From Elusimicrobiales bacterium (lineage in GTDB: Bacteria > Elusimicrobiota > Elusimicrobia > Elusimicrobiales > UBA9959): a stretch of 53,027 bases of DNA. The translations under genes and the position numbers were made by a program. Positions 25,247-34,161 of this stretch are shown one piece after another. Position 1 is the first letter of the stretch. Every line of letters begins with the position of its first letter. The stretch lies in contig JAVHPG010000019.1 in assembly GCA_036170455.1 (NCBI GenBank), forward strand, positions 3,736-56,762, in the 5' to 3' direction. A model generated the notes under the pieces. It made no database searches and was not told the origin of the DNA. It saw only the letters and a list, made by a program, of their open reading frames with translations.

Positions 25247-27885
25247 AGATACACAACACTTATTTATTCGGGAAAGTCCTGGACAAAACCGCCTGGACGC
25301 CGGACGAGCTGGAAAAGATAGGCCTGCGGGCGCAGGCGGCCCGCGAAGCTATGCGCGGCGCTTCCCGCGAGTATATTATCGGGACCCTGGTGAAAGCGGG
25401 GAAGCTGTTCGAGAAGGGCGGAAAGTACCGCAAGGCCGCCCTGGCGCATCTTAAAGAACACATAACCTTTTCCGAGCCGGTCATAGACAAAAGCCTGGAC
25501 GTGATACCGGAACTCCTGGATAAGCAGGGGATGAACAAGCGGATGAGCATGGAGCTCTTCCTCCCTTACGCGCTTGAAACCACCGTGGAGCGCCGCGGTT
25601 ACTCCGGGCTGATAAGGGCGATGCCGAAGGGCGTGGTCCTGCATGTGGGCGCGGGGAACGTTTTCCTCGGCATCCTGGACTCCCTGGTGATAGGCTTCCT
25701 GACGAAGAACGTGAATATAGTCAAGCTTTCCTCTTCGGGCTCAAACTTCATCAATATTTTCATGGACGCGCTGAAAGAGGTGGACGAGGAAGGGATACTT
25801 TCAAAGTCCGCCGCGATCATCAGCTGGAAAGGCGGCAGCCAGGGCCTGGAAGAGGCCGCGCTGAAGAACGTGAACGCCGTTTTCGTCTGGGGCGGGTACG
25901 AAGCGGTGCAGTCCTACCGCAAAATAGCCCCGATAGACGTGAGGGTGGAGGGCTTCGGCCCGAAGACCAGCGTGGGCGTGGTCTTTGAAAGCTGCGTCGA
26001 GAACGAGGGCATGGACGCCGTCGCGCTGCGCGCCGCCACGGACGCCTCGCTGTGGGACCAGGCCGCCTGCTCCTCGCTGCATACGCTTTACTTTATAGCG
26101 CCCGCTAAAAGGCATAAAGCCCTGGCGGCGGATTTCCTGAAGGCGGCAAAAAAACACTTCTCCCGGCTTGCTAAAGACCTGCCGCCCGGGAAGCTCTCCC
26201 CCGACGAGATGGTGGAGATAAATAAAGCCCGCCAGCTCGCCCGCGTGGACTCCGCTCTTGGCAACGCTTCTTACGAGAGCTCCGCTCCGGAGACCGATTG
26301 GACGGTGATCTACGAGAAGGACCCAGTCTACCGCGTCTCGCCGCTTAACCGCGTGCTTTACGTGAAGACCGTGGAGAGCATCGAGGAAGTAAGGGACCGG
26401 CTGCTGCCGATGCGCGGCTATATCCAGACCGTCGGAGTGGGTGGCTCCATAGAGCGCAAGAAAGTGATGGAAGTCCTGGGACCGGCCGGCATAGCCCGCA
26501 TAGTGAGGCTGGGCAAGATGCTCGAGGAGTCCAACGGCTCGCCGCACGACGGGATCTTCCCGATGATGTCGCTGGTGAACTGGCTGCCGATCGAGGAGAA
26601 ACCGACGCCGTTGGACCGCCTGAGCGAGCTGGTGGACCACGCCAGGAGCCGCAGCGCTTTCTACGGCCGGCATTTCAAAGGCGTGCCGAAGATAACCAGC
26701 ATGGAGGATTTCGCCAAGGTTCCCTTCCTCGAGAAGAACCATGTGCTGGACAATACCCCGCCGGACAGCTCCGACCTGCTTACCTCCCGGGTGCAGCGCG
26801 GCATTTATTTCGCCAGCGGCGGCTCCACGGGCCAGCCCAAGTATATTTTTTACGACCAGAAAGAGTACGACCATACCTGCCGTATGCTCGCTTTCACCAT
26901 GGAGGCGGCTGGCCTGGGCGAAAAGGATACGATAGCGAACCTGTTCATCGCCGGGAATCTGTGGTCCAGCTGGCTCTCCGTGGAAAAAGCCATCTCCTAC
27001 ACCAAGGCCATCTCGGTGCCCGTCGGCAGCAATCTCCCGCTGGAGAATATAGTGGGCTACCTGGAGGACTTCAGCGTGACCGCCGTGATAGGCCTGCCCT
27101 CTTTCCTGGTGAAGCTGGCGGAATACGTGAAGTCGAACCCGAAGAAGCACAGGCTCCGCGTCAACAAGATCTTTTACGGCGGCGAGTACGTGGGCGAAGA
27201 GATGGTCAAGTTCTTCAAAAGCGTCTTTCCCGGAGTGGACGTGCGCTCGGCCGGCTACGCCACCGCCGACGCCGGCGTCGTGGGCTTCCAGTGCCCGGTC
27301 TGCGTTAAAGGGCAGCACCATATTTTCTCTTCCAGCCAGTTCATAGAGTTCGTGGACCAGGACACTATGGCCCCGGTGAAAGAGGGGGCGGTCGGCGAGC
27401 TGGTGGTGACCTGCCTTTCGAAAAAGAGCATGCCTATCATCCGCTACCGGGTGGGGGACCTCGGGCGCTGGATCATGAAGCCCTGCGCCTGCGGCAGGAA
27501 GGAGCATTTGTTCGAGATCCTGGGCCGCTGCGACGACCGCATCCATGTCGGGGGGGCGCACCTGTTCGTGAACGACATCCAGAACGCGCTGGGCAAAGTG
27601 CCGGAGCTCAGCTTTAATTTCCAGGCCGTGATAGACAAAAAAGGCCATAGGGACACGCTGAAAGTACGCGTCGAGGTGAAGGCCGCGGCTTCGCTGCCGC
27701 GCTCCGCCGCGCTGGCGAATTTGCTCTGGCTGCAGATCCAGAGCCATTGCGAAGACCTGCACGAGAGCGTGCGCCTGAAATGGCTGGACGCCCCCGTCAT
27801 AGAGGTCCTGAAGCCGAACACTATAGAGCGCATCCAGCGCACCGGCAAGATCCGCAAGGTCATAGACAAAAGGGTCAAGGGCTGA
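25243..27885 (+). CDS. luxC: Fusion of LuxC-like acyl-CoA reductase and phenylacetate-CoA ligase (PaaK)-like adenylation domain
   Basis: N-terminal part: PKGVVLHVGAGNV, VKLSS, WGGYEAV, FGPKTS, WDQAACSS and PHDG. C-terminal part: FASGGSTGQPK, YGGE, GYATAD, RYRVGDLG, GRCDD and RTGKIRKVIDKR. ATGA overlap with luxE. Confidence 0.85.
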   Translation: MKIHNTYLFGKVLDKTAWTPDELEKIGLRAQAAREAMRGASREYIIGTLVKAGKLFEKGGKYRKAALAHLKEHITFSEPVIDKSLDVIPELLDKQGMNKRMSMELFLPYALETTVERRGYSGLIRAMPKGVVLHVGAGNVFLGILDSLVIGFLTKNVNIVKLSSSGSNFINIFMDALKEVDEEGILSKSAAIISWKGGSQGLEEAALKNVNAVFVWGGYEAVQSYRKIAPIDVRVEGFGPKTSVGVVFESCVENEGMDAVALRAATDASLWDQAACSSLHTLYFIAPAKRHKALAADFLKAAKKHFSRLAKDLPPGKLSPDEMVEINKARQLARVDSALGNASYESSAPETDWTVIYEKDPVYRVSPLNRVLYVKTVESIEEVRDRLLPMRGYIQTVGVGGSIERKKVMEVLGPAGIARIVRLGKMLEESNGSPHDGIFPMMSLVNWLPIEEKPTPLDRLSELVDHARSRSAFYGRHFKGVPKITSMEDFAKVPFLEKNHVLDNTPPDSSDLLTSRVQRGIYFASGGSTGQPKYIFYDQKEYDHTCRMLAFTMEAAGLGEKDTIANLFIAGNLWSSWLSVEKAISYTKAISVPVGSNLPLENIVGYLEDFSVTAVIGLPSFLVKLAEYVKSNPKKHRLRVNKIFYGGEYVGEEMVKFFKSVFPGVDVRSAGYATADAGVVGFQCPVCVKGQHHIFSSSQFIEFVDQDTMAPVKEGAVGELVVTCLSKKSMPIIRYRVGDLGRWIMKPCACGRKEHLFEILGRCDDRIHVGGAHLFVNDIQNALGKVPELSFNFQAVIDKKGHRDTLKVRVEVKAAASLPRSAALANLLWLQIQSHCEDLHESVRLKWLDAPVIEVLKPNTIERIQRTGKIRKVIDKRVKG

Positions 27886-28163
27886 AGAAGTCCAGATATC
27901 TTTTAATCCCCGGAGAGATTGGACGAACTGTAGTAAAAAGAAAAGCCTTATCCTGGTTTTTGCGGCGGCGGGCAGCCGAAGATCTACCCGGGGGTAGAAC
28001 CTGTACAGACGGTGATTATCGGCCTCCGCCACCAGGGGAAGGAATACCACTTCCGGCCTGAAACCTGATATCGGAACTTCCGGAGAGGTCAGCTTTGGCG
28101 GCCTGTTCTCGGGCGAAAACCATTTACAGTAGCAGCGGCCGGGTCTTTTTTCATTTCTGCACT

Positions 28164-28206
28164 GGGTCTTTGTACCCATGCCCGCCAGGGTTCTCCATGT
28201 TATCCT
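28164..28206 (+). promoter_or_regulatory. Palindromic site GGGTC-TTTG-TACCC plus -10 TATCCT
   Basis: Site at 28164-28177 and -10 at 28201-28206 (23 nt gap). Confidence 0.55.
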
Positions 28207-28260
28207 TTATACAGCAGGTTCCCTTATTATCTTAAGACCTTAAGGAACCCAAGGAAAACT

Positions 28261-29532
28261 GTGAATACATCAAGCTATCTTCTTACCTTCCTCTTCCTGG
28301 CCCAGGCGGGCCTTCTCTCCGCCCAAACCGGCGCTTCAGCCCCCAGCCCCGCCAGGGAGCGGCTGCTTACGGCCACAGACCATACCAAGGATTCCCGGTC
28401 CCGCTGCGAAGCGATGCAGGCACTGGGCAACAGCAAGGACGAAACTGCCCGCTATATATTGACCAAAGCCATAATGGACCCCGATGCGGGGGTCCAGAGC
28501 TGCTCCGCCATGATAGCCGGTGAAACCAGGAATCCCCAGGCTGTCGATATGCTTTTAAAGAACGTTAAAGGATACCTGGCCTCAGGCCCTGGTGAAAAAG
28601 CCGCTAAGTCCCGCCTGGCCGCTATAAATTCTATCTGGGCCCTCGGTGAAATAGGCAGCAAGGGGATAGCTCTTGAACTCCGCGAGTTTTACCGGACGCC
28701 GGATACCACTCTCAAGATAAACAACCTGATCAGCATGGGCAAGCAGCACGGGGACGCCGCAGCCGCAGCTTTCATAAAGAGCGTGGCCGCCTCTCCCAAA
28801 GAAGCCGGCGCCGTGCGCGCCGCTGCCTTTGAAATGCTGGAGGAGATGGGGAAAAGCCTGGCTATCCCCGGCCTGGCCCTCTCCGCAGATATCGGAATAC
28901 CTCCCGGCGATATTATTTATTCCGGCGGCCTTACCGGGGAGATAAACCAGTGGGTAAGCCCCGACCTGCCTGTGGGCCACTCAGGGATCTTTGTCGGCAC
29001 CGAGGCCCGGAACGGGCGGCTATACGTCCTGATCGGCGACTGCGTGCCCGGCTTTTTTACCCCGCCCGACGTGCGCAATATAAAAGCCTGGAAGAATTTC
29101 ACCCACCAGTTCAAGTACCCGTACTACGGCAATAAAACTACCAGCCCGGCCCCCACGGCGGAGCAGCGGGCGAAGATCGTCGCTTTATCGCTGGAGCTGG
29201 GAACGAAAGGGTATAAATACGACTATACGCATATCTCCCAGAAGGGCCCCGTCAAATTCGACTGCGTCGGGTACTCCGAATATATTTATGAGTCCGTTGG
29301 CCTGAACCCCACCGACAACAGCTACGAATCCGGCCTGGGCTGGCCGCTGACGCCCTGGGAGCAGTATTCTTCCCTGGCCCCCGGCAAGTCGCAGACGGTC
29401 GTCGCTTCCCCTTTCCCCCCGGCTTCCGGGGTCCCGGCGGCCCCCGCCGAAATGCTGAAAAAAGGCCTGTTCGGCACGGCCATTGTGCCTGTTAAAGCAG
29501 ACGCCGTTGCAGAACCGGAGCCGGCCAGGTAA
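28261..29532 (+). CDS. Secreted HEAT-repeat protein with circularly permuted NlpC/P60 (YaeF/YiiX-like) domain
   Basis: Signal peptide and HEAT-like repeats (SRCEAMQALG, AAINSIWALGEIG, VRAAAFEML). PGDIIY...GHSGIFVG...YKYDY...FDCVGYSEYIY places His before Cys. Confidence 0.7.
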   Translation: MNTSSYLLTFLFLAQAGLLSAQTGASAPSPARERLLTATDHTKDSRSRCEAMQALGNSKDETARYILTKAIMDPDAGVQSCSAMIAGETRNPQAVDMLLKNVKGYLASGPGEKAAKSRLAAINSIWALGEIGSKGIALELREFYRTPDTTLKINNLISMGKQHGDAAAAAFIKSVAASPKEAGAVRAAAFEMLEEMGKSLAIPGLALSADIGIPPGDIIYSGGLTGEINQWVSPDLPVGHSGIFVGTEARNGRLYVLIGDCVPGFFTPPDVRNIKAWKNFTHQFKYPYYGNKTTSPAPTAEQRAKIVALSLELGTKGYKYDYTHISQKGPVKFDCVGYSEYIYESVGLNPTDNSYESGLGWPLTPWEQYSSLAPGKSQTVVASPFPPASGVPAAPAEMLKKGLFGTAIVPVKADAVAEPEPAR

Positions 29533-29750
29533 ACCGCCGGCACGCTGGCCGATATGAAAGCTCGCGGGGGATTCCGCCGCGGGAGCGACGCGGAAGGCGG
29601 AGGGCCCGCCCCTTTCAAAATAGAGCGCGGTGAAAGCGGCCCCAAGCCAGAGCGCCGCACGGAGGCCAGGGGGCAGGGAACCGGGAAATTCTCAGGCGGC
29701 CCGGAAGCGCACCCTTATTTTTATAAGGTTCATCATTCGCGCCGGGGTCC

Positions 29751-31028
29751 TTACTTAGCGGCTGCGGACTGGCCGGCCAGGTAGCCGGTGGAGAAAGCTT
29801 CCTGCAGGTTATAGCCGCCGGTTATCCCGTCCAGGTCCAGCACCTCGCCGCAAAAATACAGCCCGGGAATAATTTTCGATTCCATGGTCTGCGGGTTTAT
29901 CTCCGTTAAATTCACGCCCCCGCGGGTAACGGTGGCCTCCTGCAGCGGGCGCGGCCTGGTCAGGCGTATGCGGAAGTCTCCGAAAAGCTCCGCGAGTTTC
30001 TTCCTCTCGGGCCCGGTGATGGTGGCGCACTGCCTGGCGCGGTCGATCCCGCAGAGCTTCTCGAATACCGGCGCGAGAGAGTGCGGCAAAGATTCCTTAA
30101 GATAGCTTGAAAGCATGCGGGCGCCGTTGGCGGAGAAATATCCCTGTATAGCCGCGGTCAGCTCTTCCGGGGCCAGTTCCGGCTTCAGGTTTATGGAAAG
30201 CTCGACCTTGTTGCCGGGCTCCAGGAGCGCGTCCACTGCAGGCCCGCTCATGATCAGCAGCTTCGGGCCCGAGACGCCGAAATGGGTGAACAGCAAGTCG
30301 CCTTTTTCGGCTGCCGCCATTTTGCCGTTCACTAAAACGGAGAGCTTTACGTTCCGGAGGGTCAGGCCCTGCAGGTCCTTTATGAACGGGTCGCCGGATT
30401 CGAGGGCCGTGAGGCCGGGCCTGAGCGGCACGATGGCGTGCCCGCAGCTTTTCGCCCAGGCATAGCCGTCGCCGGTCGAGCCCGTTCCGGGATAGGACAT
30501 GCCGCCGGTGGCGACGATAACTTTTTTAGAACTCAGGACGGAGCCGTCCGGGAGTTTGACGCCTTCTATTGCCCTGCCGTCTTTAAGCAGGAGGCCGGCG
30601 GCCCCCGTACCGCAAGCCACCCCGACCTTGCTGTGCCGGAGGTAGCCGCTGAGCGCGGCTAAAACGCTTTGAGCCTTGTCGTCCGCAGGAAATATTTTCC
30701 CGTCCGGGTCCGTCCGGGTGGGAACGCCGTGGGAATTCAAAAAACCTGTCAGGCTCCGGCCCGGGAAGACGGCCAGGGCCCGGTACAGGAATTTTCCGTT
30801 CTTCCCGAAAGCCTCTATAAAGCCCTTGGTCCCGGCGCTGTTCGTGATATTGCACCTGCCGCCGCCGGTGATCAGCAGCTTCGTCCCCAGGCGCGGGTTT
30901 TTTTCGAGGAGCGTCACGCGCGCGCCCAGCTCGCCGGCGCGGCCCGCCGCCATGATCCCCGCGGGGCCGCCCCCGACGACGACAATATCGGCGCAGCTGT
31001 TCCCGGAATGAAGTGTTTTACCGCTCAT
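29751..31028 (-). CDS. HI0933/YhiN/BaiN family NAD(P)/FAD-dependent oxidoreductase
   Basis: VVGGGPAG, KLLITGGGRCNITN, ATGGMSYPGTGSTGDG, LLFTHFGVSGP and ITGGYNLQ. Confidence 0.92.
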   Translation of the reverse strand: MSGKTLHSGNSCADIVVVGGGPAGIMAAGRAGELGARVTLLEKNPRLGTKLLITGGGRCNITNSAGTKGFIEAFGKNGKFLYRALAVFPGRSLTGFLNSHGVPTRTDPDGKIFPADDKAQSVLAALSGYLRHSKVGVACGTGAAGLLLKDGRAIEGVKLPDGSVLSSKKVIVATGGMSYPGTGSTGDGYAWAKSCGHAIVPLRPGLTALESGDPFIKDLQGLTLRNVKLSVLVNGKMAAAEKGDLLFTHFGVSGPKLLIMSGPAVDALLEPGNKVELSINLKPELAPEELTAAIQGYFSANGARMLSSYLKESLPHSLAPVFEKLCGIDRARQCATITGPERKKLAELFGDFRIRLTRPRPLQEATVTRGGVNLTEINPQTMESKIIPGLYFCGEVLDLDGITGGYNLQEAFSTGYLAGQSAAAK

Positions 31029-31150
31029 TACACCTATTGTATTATATTGGAGCGCCGGCTAACCCGGGGCCGCGTTTATATAATATAATCTTCTTAACAA
31101 CCGCGCGTTTGCGCAGCCCGTTATAGCCGGCGGGGGGAAAGGGAGCCTTT

Positions 31151-31504
31151 ATGAAAGTGCTGATCGTGGACGACAATGCCCTGACAAGGGACATGATAAA
31201 AGATATTCTGCTTGAAATGTCCCACCAGGTGGTGGGCGAGGCCGAGAACGGCGACCTGGCTATAGCGGCCTATAAACAGCTTAAGCCCGAACTGGTGCTG
31301 CTGGACCTGATAATGCCGGGAAAAACCGGGCTCGATGTCCTCGAGATACTCAGGGGCATAGACCCCCTGGCTAAAGTGGTCATGGTGACGGCCGTCCAGC
31401 AGGACGAGATAAACAAGAAACTTTTCGAGAAAGGCGCGACAGCCATCCTGCATAAGCCTTTCTCCTACTCCGAACTTGAAGAAGTCCTCAAGCAGGTTTC
31501 CTGA
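31151..31504 (+). CDS. cheY: Single-domain response regulator (CheY-like)
   Basis: VLIVDD, LLDLIMP (phospho-Asp), MVTA and KPF. Confidence 0.85.
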   Translation: MKVLIVDDNALTRDMIKDILLEMSHQVVGEAENGDLAIAAYKQLKPELVLLDLIMPGKTGLDVLEILRGIDPLAKVVMVTAVQQDEINKKLFEKGATAILHKPFSYSELEEVLKQVS

Positions 31505-31510
31505 AGCCAT

Positions 31511-32104
31511 ATGACAGAAAACCCGGGAGCATTGCTGCGATTGACCGAGGCGAGCCTTAAGAAGTGCCTGGCCCGGCTTTCCGGCGTTTCCGCGGGAACC
31601 TGGGAGCTTTTGGGCATCAGCGCCTCGCAGGGGACCATAGAGGACGCCGTGAAACTTCACGATTTCGTGAACCCGGCCGCCTCGGCCGTCTATTTTAATC
31701 TCGGCGGCGGGCTCCCTTTCACCACTATTATGCTCTTCGACCCGGGCGAGATGGAATGCATCTCCAAATGCTTTATGGGCTACTCCTACCCCAGGGGGGC
31801 GGCCACCACCCAGGCCGAGGAAGTCATGCTGCTTGAGCTGGGCAATATCGTCCTCAATTCCTTGATAAATTCTGCGATGAACGCGCTGAAGCTTAGCCTC
31901 ATGCCTTCCGTCCCGGCTTATCTGGAAGGCGATTACCGCATTCTTGTGAACGGGCTGGCCCCGGGCGTAGAAGTGAAGAACAAGTTCCACATAATAGCAG
32001 CGACGCTGGGCATAAAGTCCGACAAGCGTGTCGCCAGGAGCGAAGTCATCGCCCTGATCCCGGAAGACCTGGCCCTGCAGTTCGAGCGCCTCCCGGCGCC
32101 CTGA
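31511..32104 (+). CDS. cheC: CheC-like phosphatase
   Basis: LLELGNIVLN...MPSVP, an E-x2-N...P motif; adjacent to the cheY-like gene. Confidence 0.7.
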   Translation: MTENPGALLRLTEASLKKCLARLSGVSAGTWELLGISASQGTIEDAVKLHDFVNPAASAVYFNLGGGLPFTTIMLFDPGEMECISKCFMGYSYPRGAATTQAEEVMLLELGNIVLNSLINSAMNALKLSLMPSVPAYLEGDYRILVNGLAPGVEVKNKFHIIAATLGIKSDKRVARSEVIALIPEDLALQFERLPAP

Positions 32105-32131
32105 CCGGTTTTCCCGCGTTCCAGTGCGAAA

Positions 32132-32164
32132 AAAAGGCCGTCCGCTTCAAGCGGACGGCCTTTT
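32132..32164. terminator. Bidirectional intrinsic terminator
   Basis: AAAAGGCCGTCCGCTT-C-AAGCGGACGGCCTTTT. Confidence 0.85.
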
Positions 32165-32177
32165 GATTTTCCGGCTC

Positions 32178-32600
32178 TTATTCCGGCAGTTCGGAGGATT
32201 CCTTCTGTTCATTCCGCAGCGCGGTAAGGGCGGCCAGGTAGCCTTTTTCTTTGGTAATAGTTTCTTTTATGAGCTCCCGGGACTCGAGATTGTCCAGCAG
32301 CTTCAGCAGGGCGCGGTAGAGCAGCACCCTTTTTTTCGCGCGGTCCTCGTGGATCCGCAGGGACGCCTGGATGGAACAGGCGCCCGGGATCTTCCGCTGG
32401 CGGAAGCCGACGCCCTCCTTCGAGATCTTGCTGAGCGCTTTAAGCCTGGTTTTCTTATCGTGGGCGATACCGGTATAGAGGTTCCAGAGTTTGTCGCCTA
32501 CCTTCTCGTCCGAGCCGTAGAGCTTGACGTCCGCGGTGTAAACCGTAACGTCCATCATCTCTTCGGTTATGATCACCCTGATAAGTTCTTTTAGTCTCAT
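32178..32600 (-). CDS. Probable ferritin/rubrerythrin-like four-helix protein (degenerate)
   Basis: Two repeats of a helix-E...Y-helix pattern (EEMMDVTVY / EDRAKKRVLLY). Canonical ExxH motifs are absent. Confidence 0.5.
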   Translation of the reverse strand: MRLKELIRVIITEEMMDVTVYTADVKLYGSDEKVGDKLWNLYTGIAHDKKTRLKALSKISKEGVGFRQRKIPGACSIQASLRIHEDRAKKRVLLYRALLKLLDNLESRELIKETITKEKGYLAALTALRNEQKESSELPE

Positions 32601-32670
32601 AGCTATATTCTAGCAATCTGCGGGGGGTAATAATAGAAAGCCCGGAGACAATTTGATACTATTGCCTATC

Positions 32671-34140
32671 ATGAAAAAGAATTTCAAAATTAAGATCCTG
32701 GGCGCGCTGCTCCTGTTCTGCGCGGCTTTCGCCGCCGGCGTCTATTTTACCCTGCCGGTCAACCGGGTGAACATGCGCTCGGGGCTGGTAATGCTGGGAG
32801 ACCTGAACTCGGACAATAAGTGGGACGGGCAGGATGGCGCGCTGCTGGAAGGCCTTATCTCCGACCCTTTTTCCGCGTCTCCCGAAACGGCCTATAAAGC
32901 CGACGTGAACCACGACGGCCTGCTGGACGAGGAAGATATCTCCTTCCTTAAAGCTCTCTATGCCGGCGGCGACCCGTACAAGGTCAGGGAGGAATTCCTG
33001 CGGGCAGGAAAAACCTTCCCCTATCCGCGCGAGTTTTTCAGGTACGTGCCGGAAAGCGAATATCTGCAGCGCCCCGTCCTGGCCCTCCGTCACAAGGCGG
33101 AGGAAGCTTCGCCGCTGAAGTTCCTGTCCCAGGTCCGCGCCCGGGCGGCCGCCGGCTACGCGGGCCGGCTGCGGCATGAGATCTACAGCGAAGGGATCCG
33201 GTTTTCCCTGGCTTACGCGAGAAGGAAGGCCGGCCTCGCGCCCAAAGAGGCTGTTTACTCGAGGGGGAAAATAGACCGCTGCGCCGCTTTATGGGCCGCC
33301 GGGAAAGAATACGGGCTACTCCTTGAGCTCATGGGCCTTACGGAGGACGCCGAGACCCTTACTATGGCCGGGCAGCCGGTCTTTGTCGGCAAGGTCCTGT
33401 ATTTCAGGGAGCATTTGAAAGCCCTGCTTGAATCGGCGGACTACGGGCAATACCTCGCCGGGAAAATTCCGGCCGAAGACATCCTGCGCCTGATGCAGCG
33501 GTACGCCAGGGAGGACCTGGGTATAGAGGTCGACCTCGTCAACCTGCCGCCCGCGCGCAACTTCCTTGACCTGAATAATTACGTGCAGCGCGCAAAGTGG
33601 CAGTATTATAAATCCTCGGCGACGCGCCGCGACTTCCGGAAATTCCTTCTTTTCGCGCAGTACGACCGGCGCTACCTGAGGGCGGCGGCGAAGACCAACC
33701 GCAAGCTCGAAGACCTCCCGCTGGAAAATCATAATCTGCCCATGGTGCTTCTGTTCCGCGAGGCCCTGGCAATAAAGGGCGGCGATAAACTGGCCGCGGT
33801 GGGGATGATAGACGAGGCTGTGCGGATCCCCTTCGCCTGGGTCAAGTCTATCCCCCGGGAGAAGCTTCCCACTTCGGTAGCGCTCGAGAATTTCCTGCTG
33901 CCCGGAAACAAAGAAGACGGCTCGGACAAGAGCCGCCACTGGAACGTGTTCGGAGGGCTGAGCCTTTACAAGTCGCCCGAAGAATCGCTGCGCCTCGCGC
34001 TGGCGCGCGAGGTGGACGACTTCCGCAAAGAGGGCCGCAGCGCGCAGTCCATGCGGGAATTCATCCGCGACGCCATGGCGGATATCAACGGGATCTATTA
34101 CGTGATAAGCATGGACCCGGGGCTGCTGAAGCGGAATTGA
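32671..34140 (+). CDS. Membrane-anchored or secreted protein with dockerin-like Ca-binding pair
   Basis: N-terminal hydrophobic helix; GDLNSDNKWDGQD and ADVNHDGLLDEED; large helical remainder with DKSRH. Confidence 0.7.
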   Translation: MKKNFKIKILGALLLFCAAFAAGVYFTLPVNRVNMRSGLVMLGDLNSDNKWDGQDGALLEGLISDPFSASPETAYKADVNHDGLLDEEDISFLKALYAGGDPYKVREEFLRAGKTFPYPREFFRYVPESEYLQRPVLALRHKAEEASPLKFLSQVRARAAAGYAGRLRHEIYSEGIRFSLAYARRKAGLAPKEAVYSRGKIDRCAALWAAGKEYGLLLELMGLTEDAETLTMAGQPVFVGKVLYFREHLKALLESADYGQYLAGKIPAEDILRLMQRYAREDLGIEVDLVNLPPARNFLDLNNYVQRAKWQYYKSSATRRDFRKFLLFAQYDRRYLRAAAKTNRKLEDLPLENHNLPMVLLFREALAIKGGDKLAAVGMIDEAVRIPFAWVKSIPREKLPTSVALENFLLPGNKEDGSDKSRHWNVFGGLSLYKSPEESLRLALAREVDDFRKEGRSAQSMREFIRDAMADINGIYYVISMDPGLLKRN

Positions 34141-34161
34141 ACCGCGCCCGGGCGGCAGCGG

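Noticed and set aside
24077-27885. Bioluminescence (lux) operon
   Set aside because: There is no luxA, luxB, luxD or luxG in the window, and LuxC is fused to an extra ligase domain. Light emission is unsupported.
27890-28135. Possible decayed gene after the lux-like operon (fragments KSLILVFAAAG, PKIYPGVEPVQTVIIGLRHQGKEYHF)
   Set aside because: It looks coding-like across shifting frames but matches nothing I recognise. BLASTx would be needed.
25801-28179. 792-aa minus-strand ORF
   Set aside because: Antisense shadow of the luxC fusion. High GC3 removes stops on the opposite strand, and it has no recognisable motifs.
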